The notes under the pieces: generated by a model | Seen by the model: the letters and a program-made list of their open reading frames with translations, nothing else | Database searches by the model: none | What the model was told of the DNA's origin: nothing | Assembly (NCBI GenBank): GCA_040285855.1 | Contig: JAUFOQ010000001.1 | Location: forward strand, 558,001-622,000 | From: Eukaryota sp. GEM-RC1 | Taxonomy: Eukaryota | Direction: 5' to 3' | Length of the DNA: 64,000 nt | Program-made: the position numbers and the translations under genes | Shown here: positions 63,371 to 64,000 of the stretch, piece after piece | Position numbering within the stretch: the first letter of the stretch is position 1 | How the letters are laid out: every line of letters starts with the position of its first letter

Positions 63371-63495
63371 TGTTGGTCTTTGTGCACTATAATGATACAT
63401 ACTATAAGAGGAGAACCTTTATAGGAAAGAACCTCTATGAATGTAAGTGGAGATAAAAACCTAACATGAAATTACACAATTCTACAACTACAACA
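63371..63495 (-). repeat. 5' LTR of gypsy family B (inverted)
   Basis: Reverse complement of the 14449/47708 LTR with TGTTG..CAACA ends. No upstream polypurine tract and no TSD. Confidence 0.85.
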
Positions 63496-64000
63496 CATAT
63501 ATGCTTTTCCTCTATTAACCACTGTATTGTTAACGATTATTTTTGTTAGCAGTCTAAAGCCCTTTTCTAAACGATGAATTAGTTCTAGGTTTGTCCACAA
63601 CTTATCCAGAATACTGAGTGGAAAGCGTTTTCAGGGAAACTCCTGAATCCTGGAAACAGTACTTTATGGCTGAGTCAATTCTAGATCACAAATAAGGTAT
63701 ACAAAACTGTCTGAAGACGAAATGCTAAGCACAAAACCCAGATTAAAAGCCCACAAACGCTAAATGCACTTAAAGGATGCTCAAACATGAGTAGGTTCTA
63801 CTCTAGAGAAGGTGTATATTTCGAGATACAGTAACTGAACAATATTTTCAGCCAGGCAGATGTTGTGGTTTACGTAGTTCATTAGAATGTAGAATTGAGA
63901 TTAAGGTTTCCGCTATCCTAATTCTCGTATGCGGGTGACTGAAATGGTGGAGATCTAAGATAAACTTCTGAACAGTTCACATTTAACAAAGTTGCTTCCT

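Overview
AT-rich eukaryotic, protist-like genomic window dominated by mobile elements and multigene families. No prokaryotic operons, rRNA, tRNA or CRISPR arrays were seen. (1) The left end holds a very AT-rich, compact divergent gene pair of possible viral origin. (2) Three hAT elements are nested inside each other (1216-3941), each with an 8-bp TSD. (3) A chromodomain-bearing Ty3/gypsy locus (6021-14577) has two integrase cores in tandem, separated by an unrecognised ~370-aa acidic/coiled-coil domain. The same domain sits between RNase H and integrase in a second gypsy locus (43296-47835). (4) There are remnants of CRE-like non-LTR retrotransposons and Tc1/IS630, MULE and hAT elements. (5) A damaged RRP3/DDX47 DEAD-box helicase copy lies at 18259-19469. 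(6) RNI-type LRR genes with C-terminal TM segments cluster with BTB-SPRY genes, often head-to-head. The SPRY loops are hypervariable on a near-identical framework, and the LRR arrays are mosaic. (7) An 18.5-kb unit (31706-50254) is tandemly duplicated almost identically, and the second copy has lost 5.7 kb. Many frameshifts sit in homopolymers and may be sequencing errors. All family assignments come from motif recognition by eye, not database searches.
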